A stretch of DNA of 64,000 nucleotides, taken from positions 448,001-512,000 of the forward strand of contig CAWFJJ010000024.1 of NCBI GenBank assembly GCA_963816185.1. Direction: 5' to 3'. How positions within the stretch are numbered: the stretch's first letter is position 1; the number at the start of each line of letters is the position of its first letter. Shown one piece after another: positions 23,203 to 34,001 of this stretch. The notes beneath the pieces are model-generated. The model searched no databases, was not told where the DNA came from, and saw only the letters and a program-made list of their open reading frames with translations. Position numbers and translations under genes: made by a program. This DNA is from Thermoanaerobaculia bacterium. Lineage in GTDB: Bacteria; Acidobacteriota; Thermoanaerobaculia; UBA5066.

Positions 23203-25565
23203 GATTTCACCTCGACCTTCGCCGGCATCCCGGCGCGGAGCGGCCCGGCGATCGTGGGCGCGGCAGCCAGCACGCGCGCCGGCGTGATCGGCAGGTCGGT
23301 GATGCGGCTCCCGATCGCGTGGGAGACGGCGTTCGCGATGGCCGCGGCGGTCGGGACGATCGCTGGCTCGCCGATCCCCCTGGCGTGCGCATTGTTCTTG
23401 CCGGCGAAGAGGTCGAGGACGATCGTCACGACCTCGGGAACGTCCTTCGCGCCCAGAATCTTGTACTGCTCGATGTTCGGGTTCATGAAGCGGCCGGTCA
23501 AAACGTCGATGACGCGCTCCTCGAAGAGCGCATAGCTGACGCCTTGGAGCACGCCGCCCCGGATCTGGCTCTCGACGCCCGTTCTCCACACGGGGAGGCC
23601 GCACGTATGCGCCGCGGCGACCTTTTCGACCCGCACGACGCCCGTCTCGACGTCCACGACCACCTCCGCGAACTGCGCCCCTAAGAGCCGCGAATCGGCG
23701 CCGTCGTAGTCGGGAGCGCGGTCGCCGGTCGCGAGGATCGACTCTCCGCTCATCCTCGAGCAGACCTTTGCCCACTCGGCCGTCTTGCCGTTTGCGCGGA
23801 ATGCGCCGCCTTCGAGCTTCACGTCTTCCGGTCTCGCCCCGAGGAGCGGGGCCGCGATCTCGGCCATCTTCCGCGCGGCATGGAACGCCGCCGCTCGGAC
23901 CGCGGGGATGAGAGAGGTCGTCGTCGTCGAGCCTCCGGAGGCGGGCCCGTAGGGGTACTTCGAGTTGCCGATGTGGACGGTCACGGCCTCGACGGGAAGA
24001 CCGAGCTCCTCGGCGGTCACGAGCCCGATCGCCGTGCGGATCCCGCCGCCGATCTCCTGGACCCCGTTCTCGACCTCGACGGCGCCGTCTTTGTGGATAC
24101 GAACCTGGACCTGCGAGCCCTTGTGGACGATCGTGTACCAGACGGCGGCGGCGCACCCGAGGCCGCGCCGGAGCGGAAGGCCCGCGGCCGCCGCGGCTTT
24201 GTTCGCCCGCGTGATCGCTTCGCGTCGCGACCAGCCGATGGCTTTCGCCGCGGCGTCCCATTCCGCGCGGCGAATCTCGGAAGGATCGTTCTGGTAGCGC
24301 ACGACGAGCGGATCCAGCCCGCAGGCTTCGGCCACCGCGTCGAGGGCGGTCTCCACGGCGAACGCGCCCTGCGGGTGGCCGGGAGCGCGCATCGCGCAGC
24401 CGGGGCCGAGGTGCGTGAAGACGTCCGACTCGTCGACCTTCACGTTTGGGAACCCGTACGCGTTCTTCGCGAATGAGCCCGTACCCGTCCCGGTCGCGAC
24501 GCCGGCCGTCCCGACGGAGGTGTACTGGACGGCGGTCACGGTCCCGTCTTTCTTGTAGCCGACCTTGACCGTGTTGATGGAGTCCGGACGGTTGCCGGCG
24601 GCGAGATGCTCTTCCTTTCGGTCGAGGATCAGCTTCACCGGCTTACCGGCCTTTTTCGCGAGCTGCGCCGCGAAGACGCCGTAGTCGCCGGCGCCGAACT
24701 TCGCGCCGAAGCCGCCGCCCACGTATTCCGCGACGACCTCCACCTTGTCTTTGGGAATCCCGAGGACCGTCGCGAGCTCGTCCTTGACCGTGAACGTGCC
24801 CTGCGTGGACGCGTACACCTTCAGGTTGTCGCCTTCCCACTCGGCGAAGAGCGAATGCGTTTCCATGGGGACATGCGTCTGCACCACGGTCGTCATCGTC
24901 AGCTCGAGCGTGGAGTCGGCTTCCGCGAAGCCCTTCGCCACGTCGCCTTTCCCGGACGTCTTCGGACCCCGCACGTTGCCGTGCTGAGGCACGGCGCCGC
25001 CCGCGGACGGCGCGTCGCCGGCCGTGCGCTTCTCCTGGACGGTCTTTTCGAAGACGAGGGGGGAACCCTCCTTCATCGCGTCCACGAGCCTGACGGTGTG
25101 CGGCTTGACGTCGTACTTCACGGCCACGGCGTGGAGGGCGTCGTCGGCGAGCTGCGGCGTCGCGGCCGCGAGCGCGAGGACCGCCTCGCCGTGATAACGA
25201 ACCTTCTTCTTGTCCGGCTTCACCCAGACGACGCCCATCGCGTCGAGCTTCGACGTGTCGATCGACACGATGTCGGCATGCGCGTAGGGCGAGCGCAGGA
25301 TGCGCCCATAGAGCATTCCGGGGCGGATGACGTCGTGCGTGTACGTGGCGCGGCCGGTCACCTTCTGGGGGCCGTCGAGGCGCGGGCGGCGCCGCCCGGT
25401 CAGCGGACGGTCGACCGTGTCGTAGGGAACCGGGTCGCCGGGAGGAAGAGAGATCTTCTTAGAAAGTGTATGGCCCGCGAGGCCTATCTGGACGATCGCC
25501 TCGGTGCCCGTTGTGTCGGGCACCTTCGCAGAAATCTTCTCCTGGGGGTTCCTCTCATCAGCCAC
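23199..25565 (-). CDS. Xanthine dehydrogenase family molybdopterin-binding subunit (YagR/PaoC-like)
   Basis: RLDG..KVTG.A.Y, H.PME, VGGGFGAK, MRAPG.PQ, SGGS, QI.GG..QG, RGIGEP. Confidence 0.95.
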   Translation of the reverse strand: MADERNPQEKISAKVPDTTGTEAIVQIGLAGHTLSKKISLPPGDPVPYDTVDRPLTGRRRPRLDGPQKVTGRATYTHDVIRPGMLYGRILRSPYAHADIVSIDTSKLDAMGVVWVKPDKKKVRYHGEAVLALAAATPQLADDALHAVAVKYDVKPHTVRLVDAMKEGSPLVFEKTVQEKRTAGDAPSAGGAVPQHGNVRGPKTSGKGDVAKGFAEADSTLELTMTTVVQTHVPMETHSLFAEWEGDNLKVYASTQGTFTVKDELATVLGIPKDKVEVVAEYVGGGFGAKFGAGDYGVFAAQLAKKAGKPVKLILDRKEEHLAAGNRPDSINTVKVGYKKDGTVTAVQYTSVGTAGVATGTGTGSFAKNAYGFPNVKVDESDVFTHLGPGCAMRAPGHPQGAFAVETALDAVAEACGLDPLVVRYQNDPSEIRRAEWDAAAKAIGWSRREAITRANKAAAAAGLPLRRGLGCAAAVWYTIVHKGSQVQVRIHKDGAVEVENGVQEIGGGIRTAIGLVTAEELGLPVEAVTVHIGNSKYPYGPASGGSTTTTSLIPAVRAAAFHAARKMAEIAAPLLGARPEDVKLEGGAFRANGKTAEWAKVCSRMSGESILATGDRAPDYDGADSRLLGAQFAEVVVDVETGVVRVEKVAAAHTCGLPVWRTGVESQIRGGVLQGVSYALFEERVIDVLTGRFMNPNIEQYKILGAKDVPEVVTIVLDLFAGKNNAHARGIGEPAIVPTAAAIANAVSHAIGSRITDLPITPARVLAAAPTIAGPLRAGMPAKVEVKS

Positions 25566-26190
25566 GCGTCACCTCCGGATTTCCCGCCGCGTGGCAGGCG
25601 TCGAAGACGCCGAGATACGTTCCGCAGCGGCAGAGGTTGCCGCTCACGGCGCTCTTCACGTCGTCCGGAGAAGGCCTCGGGTTCTTCGCGAGAAGTGCCG
25701 AGCACGAGACGATCATGCCCGGGGTGCAGAAGCCGCACTGGAGCGCGTCCGCCGTGAGGAAAGCCTGCTGGATCGGCGCGAGGGACCCGGGCGTCCCGAG
25801 GCCCTCGATCGTCGTGACCTTCTTCCGGTCGGCGTCGTGAACGAGCGTGAGGCAGGAGTTCACGGCGAGGCCGTCGAGCAGGACCGTGCAGGCCCCGCAG
25901 GCGCCGCGATCGCAGCCGATCTTCGTGCCCGTCAGCGCCCAGGAATCGCGCAGCGCCTCGGCGAGCGTCGTGCGCGGCTCGAAAGAGCCCGTCTTCACGA
26001 CCCCGTTCACCGTGACGCTCACGGCCATCGGGCCGGAGAGGTTCGCGGCCCGTAGCTCGTGGCGCGTCTCGACGAGGAGCGCCGTGGCGCCGGTCGATGC
26101 GGCCGTGACTGCGGTCGCGATTCCCTTGATCAGACCGCGGCGGGTGACGCCGCTCGTTCCGTCGGGTGGGTGAGGCTTGTCGTCGGCCAT
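25558..26190 (-). CDS. 2x[2Fe-2S] subunit with Tat signal (YagT/PaoA-like)
   Basis: TRRGLIKG twin-arginine motif; GCDRGACGACTV, QCGFCTPG, NLCRCG. Confidence 0.95.
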   Translation of the reverse strand: MADDKPHPPDGTSGVTRRGLIKGIATAVTAASTGATALLVETRHELRAANLSGPMAVSVTVNGVVKTGSFEPRTTLAEALRDSWALTGTKIGCDRGACGACTVLLDGLAVNSCLTLVHDADRKKVTTIEGLGTPGSLAPIQQAFLTADALQCGFCTPGMIVSCSALLAKNPRPSPDDVKSAVSGNLCRCGTYLGVFDACHAAGNPEVTRG

Positions 26191-26315
26191 CGTCGTCCTC
26201 CCTCGGCGCAGCCGAAATATACAGCGGGATCGAGTCTCGATGTCACCCCCGCGTTGACCCAAGTGGCTGAAAAGGCCTATCCTTGCCGGAATCCCGAAAG
26301 GTTCGGAGGTCGCTC

Positions 26316-27494
26316 ATGCACATCAACGACCTGCTCAAGATCTCGGTCGAGCGGAAAGCGTCCGACCTCCACCTGAAAGTCGGCGCGCACCCGATCATCC
26401 GGGTCGACGGCGAGCTGACCCCGCTCGTGGACCTCAAGCGCCTCATGCAGGAAGACACGATCGCGATGGCGTTCTCGATCATGTCCTCGCGGCAAAAGGA
26501 AAAATTCAAGAACAACTTCGAGATCGACATCGCGTACTCGGTGCCGGGGCTCGGGCGGTTCCGCTGCAACATCTTCCAGCAGCGCGGGACCGTCGGAATG
26601 GTCTGCCGCGTCATCCCGGCGCGCATCCTCACGGTGCGGGACCTCCTCCTGCCGCCCATCCTCGAGAAGATCTGCGAGGAGACGCGCGGCCTCATCCTCG
26701 TGACCGGGACGACGGGCTCGGGCAAGTCCACCTCTCTCGCCGCGATGATCGACTACATCAACTCGACCCGGGCCGAGCACATCATGACGATCGAGGACCC
26801 CGTCGAGTTCCTCCATCGCGACAAGAAGTCGATCATCAACCAGCGCGAGCTGGAGGTCGACACACGCTCGTTCGCGTCCGCGATCCGCGCAGCCCTCCGG
26901 CAGGACCCGGACGTCATCCTCGTGGGCGAGATGCGCGACTTCGAGACCGTCGAGACGGCCCTCGTGGCCGCCGAGACGGGCCACCTCGTCATGTCGACCC
27001 TGCACACGATGGACGCGACTGAGACGGTCAACCGCATCATCTCGGTGTTCCCGCCGCACCAGCAGAAGCAGATCCGCCTCCAGCTCGCGGCCGTCATCAA
27101 GGCCGTCGCCTCGATGCGTCTTCTCCCGCGCGCCGACGGCTTGGGTCGCGTGCCGGCCGTCGAGGTCATGGTCGCGACGAACTACATACGCGACTGTATC
27201 GAGAACAAGGAAAAGACGAAGTACATCATGGACGCGATCAAAGCCGGCACGTCGCAGTACGGGATGCAGACCTTCGACCAGTCGCTCTTCCAGCTTTACA
27301 AGACGGGCCTCATCACGCTGGAAGAGGCGATCCGCCGCTCGACGAACCCGAACGAGTTCAAGCTCAAGATCCAGGGGATCCAGTCCACGTCCGACATCGC
27401 GAACGAGCTCATGGAAGGCGCCCTGCAGGCGCCCGACGCCCTCAGCCCGCAGGACGCGGCCTCGCCCTTCGATTTCTCGAACCAGCCGGGTTAG
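26316..27494 (+). CDS. pilT: Type IV pilus retraction ATPase PilT
   Basis: [68 protein letters not shown]. Confidence 0.95.
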   Translation: MHINDLLKISVERKASDLHLKVGAHPIIRVDGELTPLVDLKRLMQEDTIAMAFSIMSSRQKEKFKNNFEIDIAYSVPGLGRFRCNIFQQRGTVGMVCRVIPARILTVRDLLLPPILEKICEETRGLILVTGTTGSGKSTSLAAMIDYINSTRAEHIMTIEDPVEFLHRDKKSIINQRELEVDTRSFASAIRAALRQDPDVILVGEMRDFETVETALVAAETGHLVMSTLHTMDATETVNRIISVFPPHQQKQIRLQLAAVIKAVASMRLLPRADGLGRVPAVEVMVATNYIRDCIENKEKTKYIMDAIKAGTSQYGMQTFDQSLFQLYKTGLITLEEAIRRSTNPNEFKLKIQGIQSTSDIANELMEGALQAPDALSPQDAASPFDFSNQPG

Positions 27495-27528
27495 GGGGGC
27501 CGGGGAAAATCCCCGTATCCTTCGACCC

Positions 27529-30326
27529 ATGACGACTGCTGACGGCTGGACCTCGCGCAGGGTCCGCGAGACGTTCCTGTCCTTCTTCGAGGAGAAGGGC
27601 CACACGCGTGTGGCGTCCTCCTCGCTCGTGCCCGCCGAGGACCCGACGCTGCTCTTCACGAACGCGGGCATGAACCAGTTCAAGGACCTTTTCCTCGGGC
27701 GGGAGAAGCGCGCGTACGTTCGGGCGACCTCGTCGCAGAAGTGCGTGCGCGCGGGCGGGAAGCACAACGACCTCGACAACGTGGGCTACACCGCGCGGCA
27801 CCACACGTTCTTCGAGATGCTCGGAAACTTCTCCTTCGGCGATTACTTCAAGAGGGAGGCGATCGACTACGCATGGGAGCTCGTGACGTCGAACGCGTTC
27901 TACGGGCTCGACCCGTCGCGCCTCTGGGCGACGGTCTATACGGAAGACGACGAGGCGGCCGAGCTGTGGGGGCGCTACCTCCCGAAGGCGCGCATCGCCC
28001 GCTTCGGCGAGAAGGACAACTTCTGGTCGATGGGCGACACGGGGCCGTGCGGCCCGTGCAGCGAGATCCACTACGACCAGGGCGAGGGAGTGCCCGGCGA
28101 CGCGACGCCGAACGGCACCGGCGACCGCGTCATGGAGATCTGGAATCTCGTCTTCATGCAGTTCGACCGCGACGCCTCGGGAAAGATGACCCCGCTGCCG
28201 AAACCGAGCGTCGACACGGGCGCCGGCCTCGAGCGCATCACGGCGATCCTCGAGGGCAAGAACAACAACTACGACACGGACCTCTTCGCGCCGATCATCA
28301 AGAAGATCGAGGAGATCTCGGGTCAGAAATACGTCGGCGGCATGGCCGTCGAAGATGCGCCGTTCCGCGTGATTGCAGATCACGCGCGAGCGGCGACGAT
28401 GCTCATCGCGGACGGTGTGATCCCTTCGAATGAGGGAAGGGGATACGTCCTGCGCCGGATCATCCGGCGCGCCATTCGATATGGAAGAAGACTCGGCCTC
28501 GTCGATCCTTTCCTCTTCAAGCTCGTGCCGGGGGTAACGGAGGCTCTGAAGATTTTCTTCGAAGGTGAAGAGATTCGCGGCGCAAAGGCGATGTTTGGCC
28601 TGATCGACGAAGAGGAAGGCCCGATCGGCGCAGAAGAAGTTCGTTTTGCGAAAACGATGACGGCCGGTGCCGACCGCGTTGGCGAAGCGATTTCCGACGT
28701 GCGACGGCGGGGCGAGACATCGCTTTCAGGCGCCGCAGCGTTCCGCCTCTACGACACGCACGGCGTTCCTCTCGAGCTCATCGAAGAAATCTCTTCTGAC
28801 GAAGGGGTTCAAGTCGACCGGTCCGGCTTCGACGTCGAGCTCGAGAGGGCCCGCGAGCGGAGCAAGGGAGCCTCGAAGTTCGAGCACGAAGGAGGCCTGC
28901 CGGCCGACGAGCAGATCGACGCTTCATGGGCGACCGAATTCCGCGGATATCCCGAGCAGGATTTCGTGCGGCTGTAGGCGCGAAAGTGCTCGGTCCTGCT
29001 TTCTAGCGGAGCGCGGCGAGAGGGTGGATTTTCTTAAAGTGGGGAGAAGGGCTGGTGCGTCACGGACCGCACCGTCTTCTATCCGGAGGGCGGCGGTCAG
29101 GTGGCCGACCAGGGAGAGATTCTCTGGTTTGCCGAGAGCGGGGGCGACGGGCGCGCGGACGGTCATCGACGCGCGGCGCGCCCCGAATGGGAAGTCCGTC
29201 CTACACCTTCTAAGAATCTCCAGCGGTTCCCTTGCGGTGGGTCAACTCGTGCGTATGAAGCGTGGACGAATGGACCCGCCGCAAGACGCAGGCAAACCAT
29301 ACCGGGACTCACCTCCTCCACGCCGCGCTGCGGAAGGTGCTCGGCGAAAGCGTTCGGCAGATGGGCTCGCTCGTCGCGCCCGACCGCCTGCGCTTCGACT
29401 ACGCGGCCTCGCGCCCGACGACCGCCACCGAAGTCCGTGAGATCGAGCGACTCGTGAACGAGGAGATCCTGCGGGACCGCGAGGTCGGCAAGGCCGTCAT
29501 GTCGATGGACGACGCGAAGAAGAAGGGCGCGATGATGTTCTTCGGCGAGAAATACGGCGAGCAGGTCCGCGTCGTCGACGTGCCGGGATTCTCGACGGAG
29601 CTCTGCGGCGGCTGCCACGTCGGCCGTACGGGCGAGATCGGCGCCTTCAAGGTGATCTCCGACAAGGGCCTCGCGGCCGGCGTCCGACGAATGGAGGCGG
29701 TCACCTCGTTGAATGCGGTCGAAAGGCTCCAGAAGGACGAAGAAATCCTGGCGAATATGGCGCAGACGGCGAACGTCCCTCCCGACGAGCTGCCGGCGAA
29801 GCTGAAGGAGGCGCTGGATTCTCTTAGAAGGAAAGAGAAGGAGATCGCCGCCCTCAAACGCGACCTCGCGCTGGCTGGCATAGGTGCGGGCGCCGGCCCC
29901 TCGAGCGCGCAGCCGGGCGCGGCGCCTTCTGTACATTCACCTTCTAAGAAATCCTCCTCTTCGGACGCAGCGGCTGAGGAGGGCCTGCACGAGATCAACG
30001 GCATCAAGGTCCTCGCACGCCGCGTGCCGTCGCTCCCGACGAACGAGCTCCGTAACCTCGCGGACACGTTCCGGAGCAAGCTGAAGTCGGGCGTCGTGCT
30101 GCTCGGAACCGAGCTCGAAGGCAAGGTCACGCTGCTCGCGGCGGTCACGTCGGACCTCGTAGCCCGGGTCTCCGCGAACGAGCTGGCTCAGGTCATGGCA
30201 CCGGCCGTCGGGGGCAGGGGCGGCGGAAGGCCGGACCTCGCCCAGGCCGGCGGCAAAGACGCGGCCCAGATCGAGCCGGCTCTCGCGCTGGGCGTCGCGA
30301 AGGTGCGAGAGAGGCTTTCCGCCTGA
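27529..30326 (+). CDS. alaS: Alanine--tRNA ligase, interrupted by several frameshifts at about 28970-29265 (probably sequence errors)
   Basis: [43 protein letters not shown]; FY.EGGGQV.D.G; [35 protein letters not shown] spread over three frames. Confidence 0.95.
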
Positions 30327-30359
30327 GGCTGTATCGCGCTGGGCTATAATCTTCGGGCA

Positions 30360-31103
30360 ATGCCGTCTCGGGGGATCGCTCTGGCCCGGGTGTCGGTGGC
30401 CGCTTTGCTCACGGCGGCCGGCGCCCTGCGCGCCGACGTCCATCTCGTTCGCCAGTCGAACGGCTCGGCGCTGATCTTCAACGACAGAGTCGGCAGCGGC
30501 TGGCGCGTGAACGGCGGCGTTCCCACGGACGCCTATCTCGTCGAGAGGCGCAACGCGCCGTCGCCGTACGACTCCGCGATCGAGAAGGAGTCGCGGGCGG
30601 CGGGCGTCGACGCGGCGCTCGTCAAGAGCGTCATGCTCGTGGAGTCCAACTTCAATCCCCGGGCTGTGTCGAGGAAGGGCGCCCGCGGTCTCATGCAGCT
30701 CATGCCCGGCACGGCAATGAGGTTCGGTGTTTCCGACCGGTATGACGCCGGGCAGAGCATCCGCGCCGGCGTGAAGTATCTCGCGACGCTTCTCGAGCAG
30801 TTCAAGGGAGACGTGGCCCTGGCGCTCGCGGGGTACAACGCGGGCGAGAACGCCGTGACGCACCACTCCGGCGTCCCGCCGTACCGCGAGACGCGCGAGT
30901 ACATCCGGCGCGTCCTCGTCGCGCGGCATGGAGAAGGCGGAATCGGGCCGGCCATCGGCGGCGGGTTCCGCGGCACGCCGACGAAGCCGCTGCCACGGGG
31001 AGCAGCGATACGAGTCTCGAGCCTGAACGGGATGGCAGTCCTCTCGAACACCGCAGTCGACGTCACGGAACGCCAGGCTCCTCTGCTCGGGCGCGTGCGC
31101 TGA
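30360..31103 (+). CDS. Secreted soluble lytic transglycosylase (SLT domain)
   Basis: Signal peptide; VESNFNPRAVS.KGA.GLMQLMP.TA, ALAGYNAGE, VPPY.ETR.Y. Confidence 0.92.
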   Translation: MPSRGIALARVSVAALLTAAGALRADVHLVRQSNGSALIFNDRVGSGWRVNGGVPTDAYLVERRNAPSPYDSAIEKESRAAGVDAALVKSVMLVESNFNPRAVSRKGARGLMQLMPGTAMRFGVSDRYDAGQSIRAGVKYLATLLEQFKGDVALALAGYNAGENAVTHHSGVPPYRETREYIRRVLVARHGEGGIGPAIGGGFRGTPTKPLPRGAAIRVSSLNGMAVLSNTAVDVTERQAPLLGRVR

Positions 31104-31119
31104 GGCGGACGGGGGCGAA

Positions 31120-32394
31120 ATGGCGGCCACGCGGGGATCCGAGACCACGAGGGCCTTCAGGCCCGCGCCCTTCTTCGACCACGGCCTCTTTCTCCTCCAT
31201 CTGAACCGCGGCAAGGAGGAGATGGCCCGCGGATACCACGAGACCGCGCGCCGCGAGTTCGAGGAAGCGCGCCGACTGCGCCCGCGAGACCCCGAGGTCC
31301 TGCTCAATCTCTCGATCACGCTCTTTCATCTCGGCCAGTTCGACGAGGCCGAGACGATGACGCGCGACCTCCTCACCGAGCATGCCGAGTCCGTCCCGTT
31401 GCTCTTCAACCTCGGGTTGATCCTGTTCAAATCGGGCCGGGACGGCGACGCTCGGGAGCCGCTCGAAAAGGTTCTCGCGTTCGCCCCGGCGCATCGAAAA
31501 GCGCATTTGACGCTCGGGCTCGTCGCCCAGCGGCGGGGAGCCTGGGATGAGGCCCAGCGGCATTTCAGGATGGCCGGCGCCGAGCTGAAGGACGGAGCCG
31601 AAGGGGACGACTCGGTCGCCCGCACCGCCCGCGCCGCGGCGGCTGAAGTGCGGATCGCGACGGCGAACAGGCCGTCTCCCGCCGATACCCGCCCGAGCCC
31701 GATGGTGAAGCCGGAGCCGCTGGACTCCCTCACGGCGAGCGGCAAGAACAAGCTCTCGTCGGGCGTGAGGCCGCGGCCCTCGGCGGCCGTTCTCGCGGGG
31801 ATGGAGCCCGCGGCGCCGGCCGTGGCCCGGCCCCTCGGACCCTTCTCGCCGAAGCCGGGCGGATTCCTTTCCGTCTCCTGCGCAAGCGGCGTGCGCGTGC
31901 GACGCGGGATCGTCGTGGGCCGCTCGGGATCGCCGGTGATCGACAGCTCCCCGGCCTCGACGCCGGACGGTCTCGACCGGATCCTCGTCGGGGCGTCGGG
32001 TGAGGGCATCCTCCTCGTCGCGGATCCGGGCCGCGTACCCTGGCTCAAGGCGCTTGCAGGCGAGACGCTCTCGGTTCATCCCGAGAGGCTCCTCGCGTTC
32101 GAAAGCGCGCTCACGTGCCGCGCCGACGTGACGCCGGACGCGGGCGACCGCACGGCGCCTCCGTTCCTGAAGCTCTCGGGCAGCGGGGCCGTGGCTCTCG
32201 CCGTCTCGTCCGAGCCGGCTCGATTCGAGGTCCAGGAGGGTCAGCCGCTCGCGATCGCCGCACGCGCGGTCGTCGCGTACGGGGGCGAAGTCCTGCCTGA
32301 GCTCCTCGCGGACTCCGATCCGCTCTCGGGCCTCGGCGCGGGCGCCTCGATGCGCTTCAGCGGAACCGGTTTCGTCCTGGCCGACGCGCGCTAA
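31120..32394 (+). CDS. TPR-repeat protein with C-terminal AIM24/DUF124-like domain
   Basis: About four N-terminal TPR-like repeats, Pro-rich linker, then LLAFE..L, LKLSGSG.V.L, VVAY.G, MRFSG.G.VL. Confidence 0.75.
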   Translation: MAATRGSETTRAFRPAPFFDHGLFLLHLNRGKEEMARGYHETARREFEEARRLRPRDPEVLLNLSITLFHLGQFDEAETMTRDLLTEHAESVPLLFNLGLILFKSGRDGDAREPLEKVLAFAPAHRKAHLTLGLVAQRRGAWDEAQRHFRMAGAELKDGAEGDDSVARTARAAAAEVRIATANRPSPADTRPSPMVKPEPLDSLTASGKNKLSSGVRPRPSAAVLAGMEPAAPAVARPLGPFSPKPGGFLSVSCASGVRVRRGIVVGRSGSPVIDSSPASTPDGLDRILVGASGEGILLVADPGRVPWLKALAGETLSVHPERLLAFESALTCRADVTPDAGDRTAPPFLKLSGSGAVALAVSSEPARFEVQEGQPLAIAARAVVAYGGEVLPELLADSDPLSGLGAGASMRFSGTGFVLADAR

Positions 32395-32406
32395 AAGAGC
32401 TCGGTG

Positions 32407-32485
32407 GGCCGGTGTGCCCTCCTCCTTCGCGCGTGAACTCGCTTCGCTCAGACAGCACGCGCGTGCGTCGGAAGGTACATCGGCC
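32407..32485. repeat. Palindromic repeat, family A, intergenic between convergent genes
   Basis: 49 bp core identical in reverse complement to 19075-19123; ggccg...cggcc arms. Confidence 0.88.
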
Positions 32486-32495
32486 CGCCTCGCGA

Positions 32496-33920
32496 TTACC
32501 TGAAAGGGCTGAGTTTCGTGAGCGAGGCCTGCGTCTCGTCGAGGAGCCTTCCGATCAAAGCCGGATCCTCGTGCTCCGCGTAGATCCGGATGATGGGCTC
32601 GGTGCCTGAGAGCCGGTGGAGAAGCCACCCGCGAGAGCCGAACAGCAGCTTCACTCCGTCCATGTCGTCCACGCCCGTCACGAGCTCGCCGCAACGTGAG
32701 GGAGGCGGGTTGGAGCGAAGGTTCTCGATGAACGCGCGCAGGACCGGCATCGGAAGGTGGAGATCGCGGCGGCCGTACGCGAGAGCGCCGTACGCGGCGT
32801 CTTGCCCGGCGACGATCGTCTCGAGGGTCCCGCCCGAGTGCGCGATCGCTTCGAGGACGAGCAGCGCCGAAAGGACTCCGTCGCGCTCGGGCAGGTGGAA
32901 GGAGACCCCCAGGCCGCCCGACTCCTCGCCGCCGATCACGACCTCGCCGGAGAGCATCTTCGCAGCGATGTGCTTGAAGCCGACCGGCGTGACGTGGAGA
33001 GGCACGCCGAGGCGCGAGGCGACCCGGTCGAGGAGCAGCGACGTCGAGAACGTCTTCGCGATGCCGCCGCGGATGCGCCCCCGAACGGTGAGGCTCTCGG
33101 CGAGGAGCGCGAGGACGCGATGCGGCGTGACGAAGCGGCCGCCGGAGTCCAGCACCCCGAGCCGGTCGCCGTCCCCGTCGCTCGCGAGGACGACGTCGAA
33201 CCGCTCCGTGGCGAGGACCTGTCGCGCCTCGGCGAGATTCTCGGGAATCGGCTCGGGATTGACGCCGCCGAAGAGCGGATCGCGGTTCGCGCGGAGCGAG
33301 ACGACGGTCGTCGGGTGGCCGGTGCCGACGATCGTCTCGAGGAGCGTCCCGGAGGCTCCGTGGATCGCGTCGAAGAGAACCCTCAGGCCGGCCCGGCGGA
33401 TCGCGTCGAGATCGACGAGGCCCGCGAGCGCGTCGCGGTAAGGGGTTGCGAGGTCGAGCGTTTCGACGGAGCCCCCTGCCTTTTTCGGGACGGGCCGGTC
33501 CACGGCGCGCGCAACGGCGTCGTACGTGGCGGGCGTCGCGCTGCCCCCGAACGAGGATTTCACCTTCACGCCGTTCCAGAGCGGCGGATTGTGCGACGCG
33601 GTGATCGCCAGGCCCGCCCGCAGGCCCCGGGAAGCCACGTGCCACGAGGCGCAGGGCGTGGGGACAGGGCGATCCGAAAGGAGAACGTGGAAACCGTGCG
33701 AGGCGAGGTGCGCGGCGCTCTCGGCCGACAGCTCCGGCGAGAGGAAGCGCGTGTCGAAGACGACCGGGAGCGTCCATGGATCTCCCGGCTCGACGTTCGC
33801 CGCGTCGATCGTCCATGCAGCGGCCGCCGTCACGACACGGCGAACGGCATCGAACGTGAGATCGCGGGCGATCCGGCCGCGCCAGCCGTCGGTGCCGAAG
33901 ACGATGGGTACGTTTTCCAT
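32496..33920 (-). CDS. Phosphoglucomutase/phosphomannomutase family protein
   Basis: FGTDGWRG, ITASHNP, DGDGDR, GGEESGG, DGVK, RLSGTEP..RIY.E. Confidence 0.95.
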   Translation of the reverse strand: MENVPIVFGTDGWRGRIARDLTFDAVRRVVTAAAAWTIDAANVEPGDPWTLPVVFDTRFLSPELSAESAAHLASHGFHVLLSDRPVPTPCASWHVASRGLRAGLAITASHNPPLWNGVKVKSSFGGSATPATYDAVARAVDRPVPKKAGGSVETLDLATPYRDALAGLVDLDAIRRAGLRVLFDAIHGASGTLLETIVGTGHPTTVVSLRANRDPLFGGVNPEPIPENLAEARQVLATERFDVVLASDGDGDRLGVLDSGGRFVTPHRVLALLAESLTVRGRIRGGIAKTFSTSLLLDRVASRLGVPLHVTPVGFKHIAAKMLSGEVVIGGEESGGLGVSFHLPERDGVLSALLVLEAIAHSGGTLETIVAGQDAAYGALAYGRRDLHLPMPVLRAFIENLRSNPPPSRCGELVTGVDDMDGVKLLFGSRGWLLHRLSGTEPIIRIYAEHEDPALIGRLLDETQASLTKLSPFR

Positions 33921-34001
33921 GGGACAGCCGATTGTCGGGGAGCGCACCGGGCCTGTCCAGCGCGGCGCTTGTGATGCTCGCGGGTCTAGAATTGGTGTCC
34001 G

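Noticed and set aside
28975-28977. In-frame TAG in alaS as stop-codon recoding or pyrrolysine
   Set aside because: Homologous sequence continues in other frames and a TAA follows at 29035; many genes here end normally in TAG
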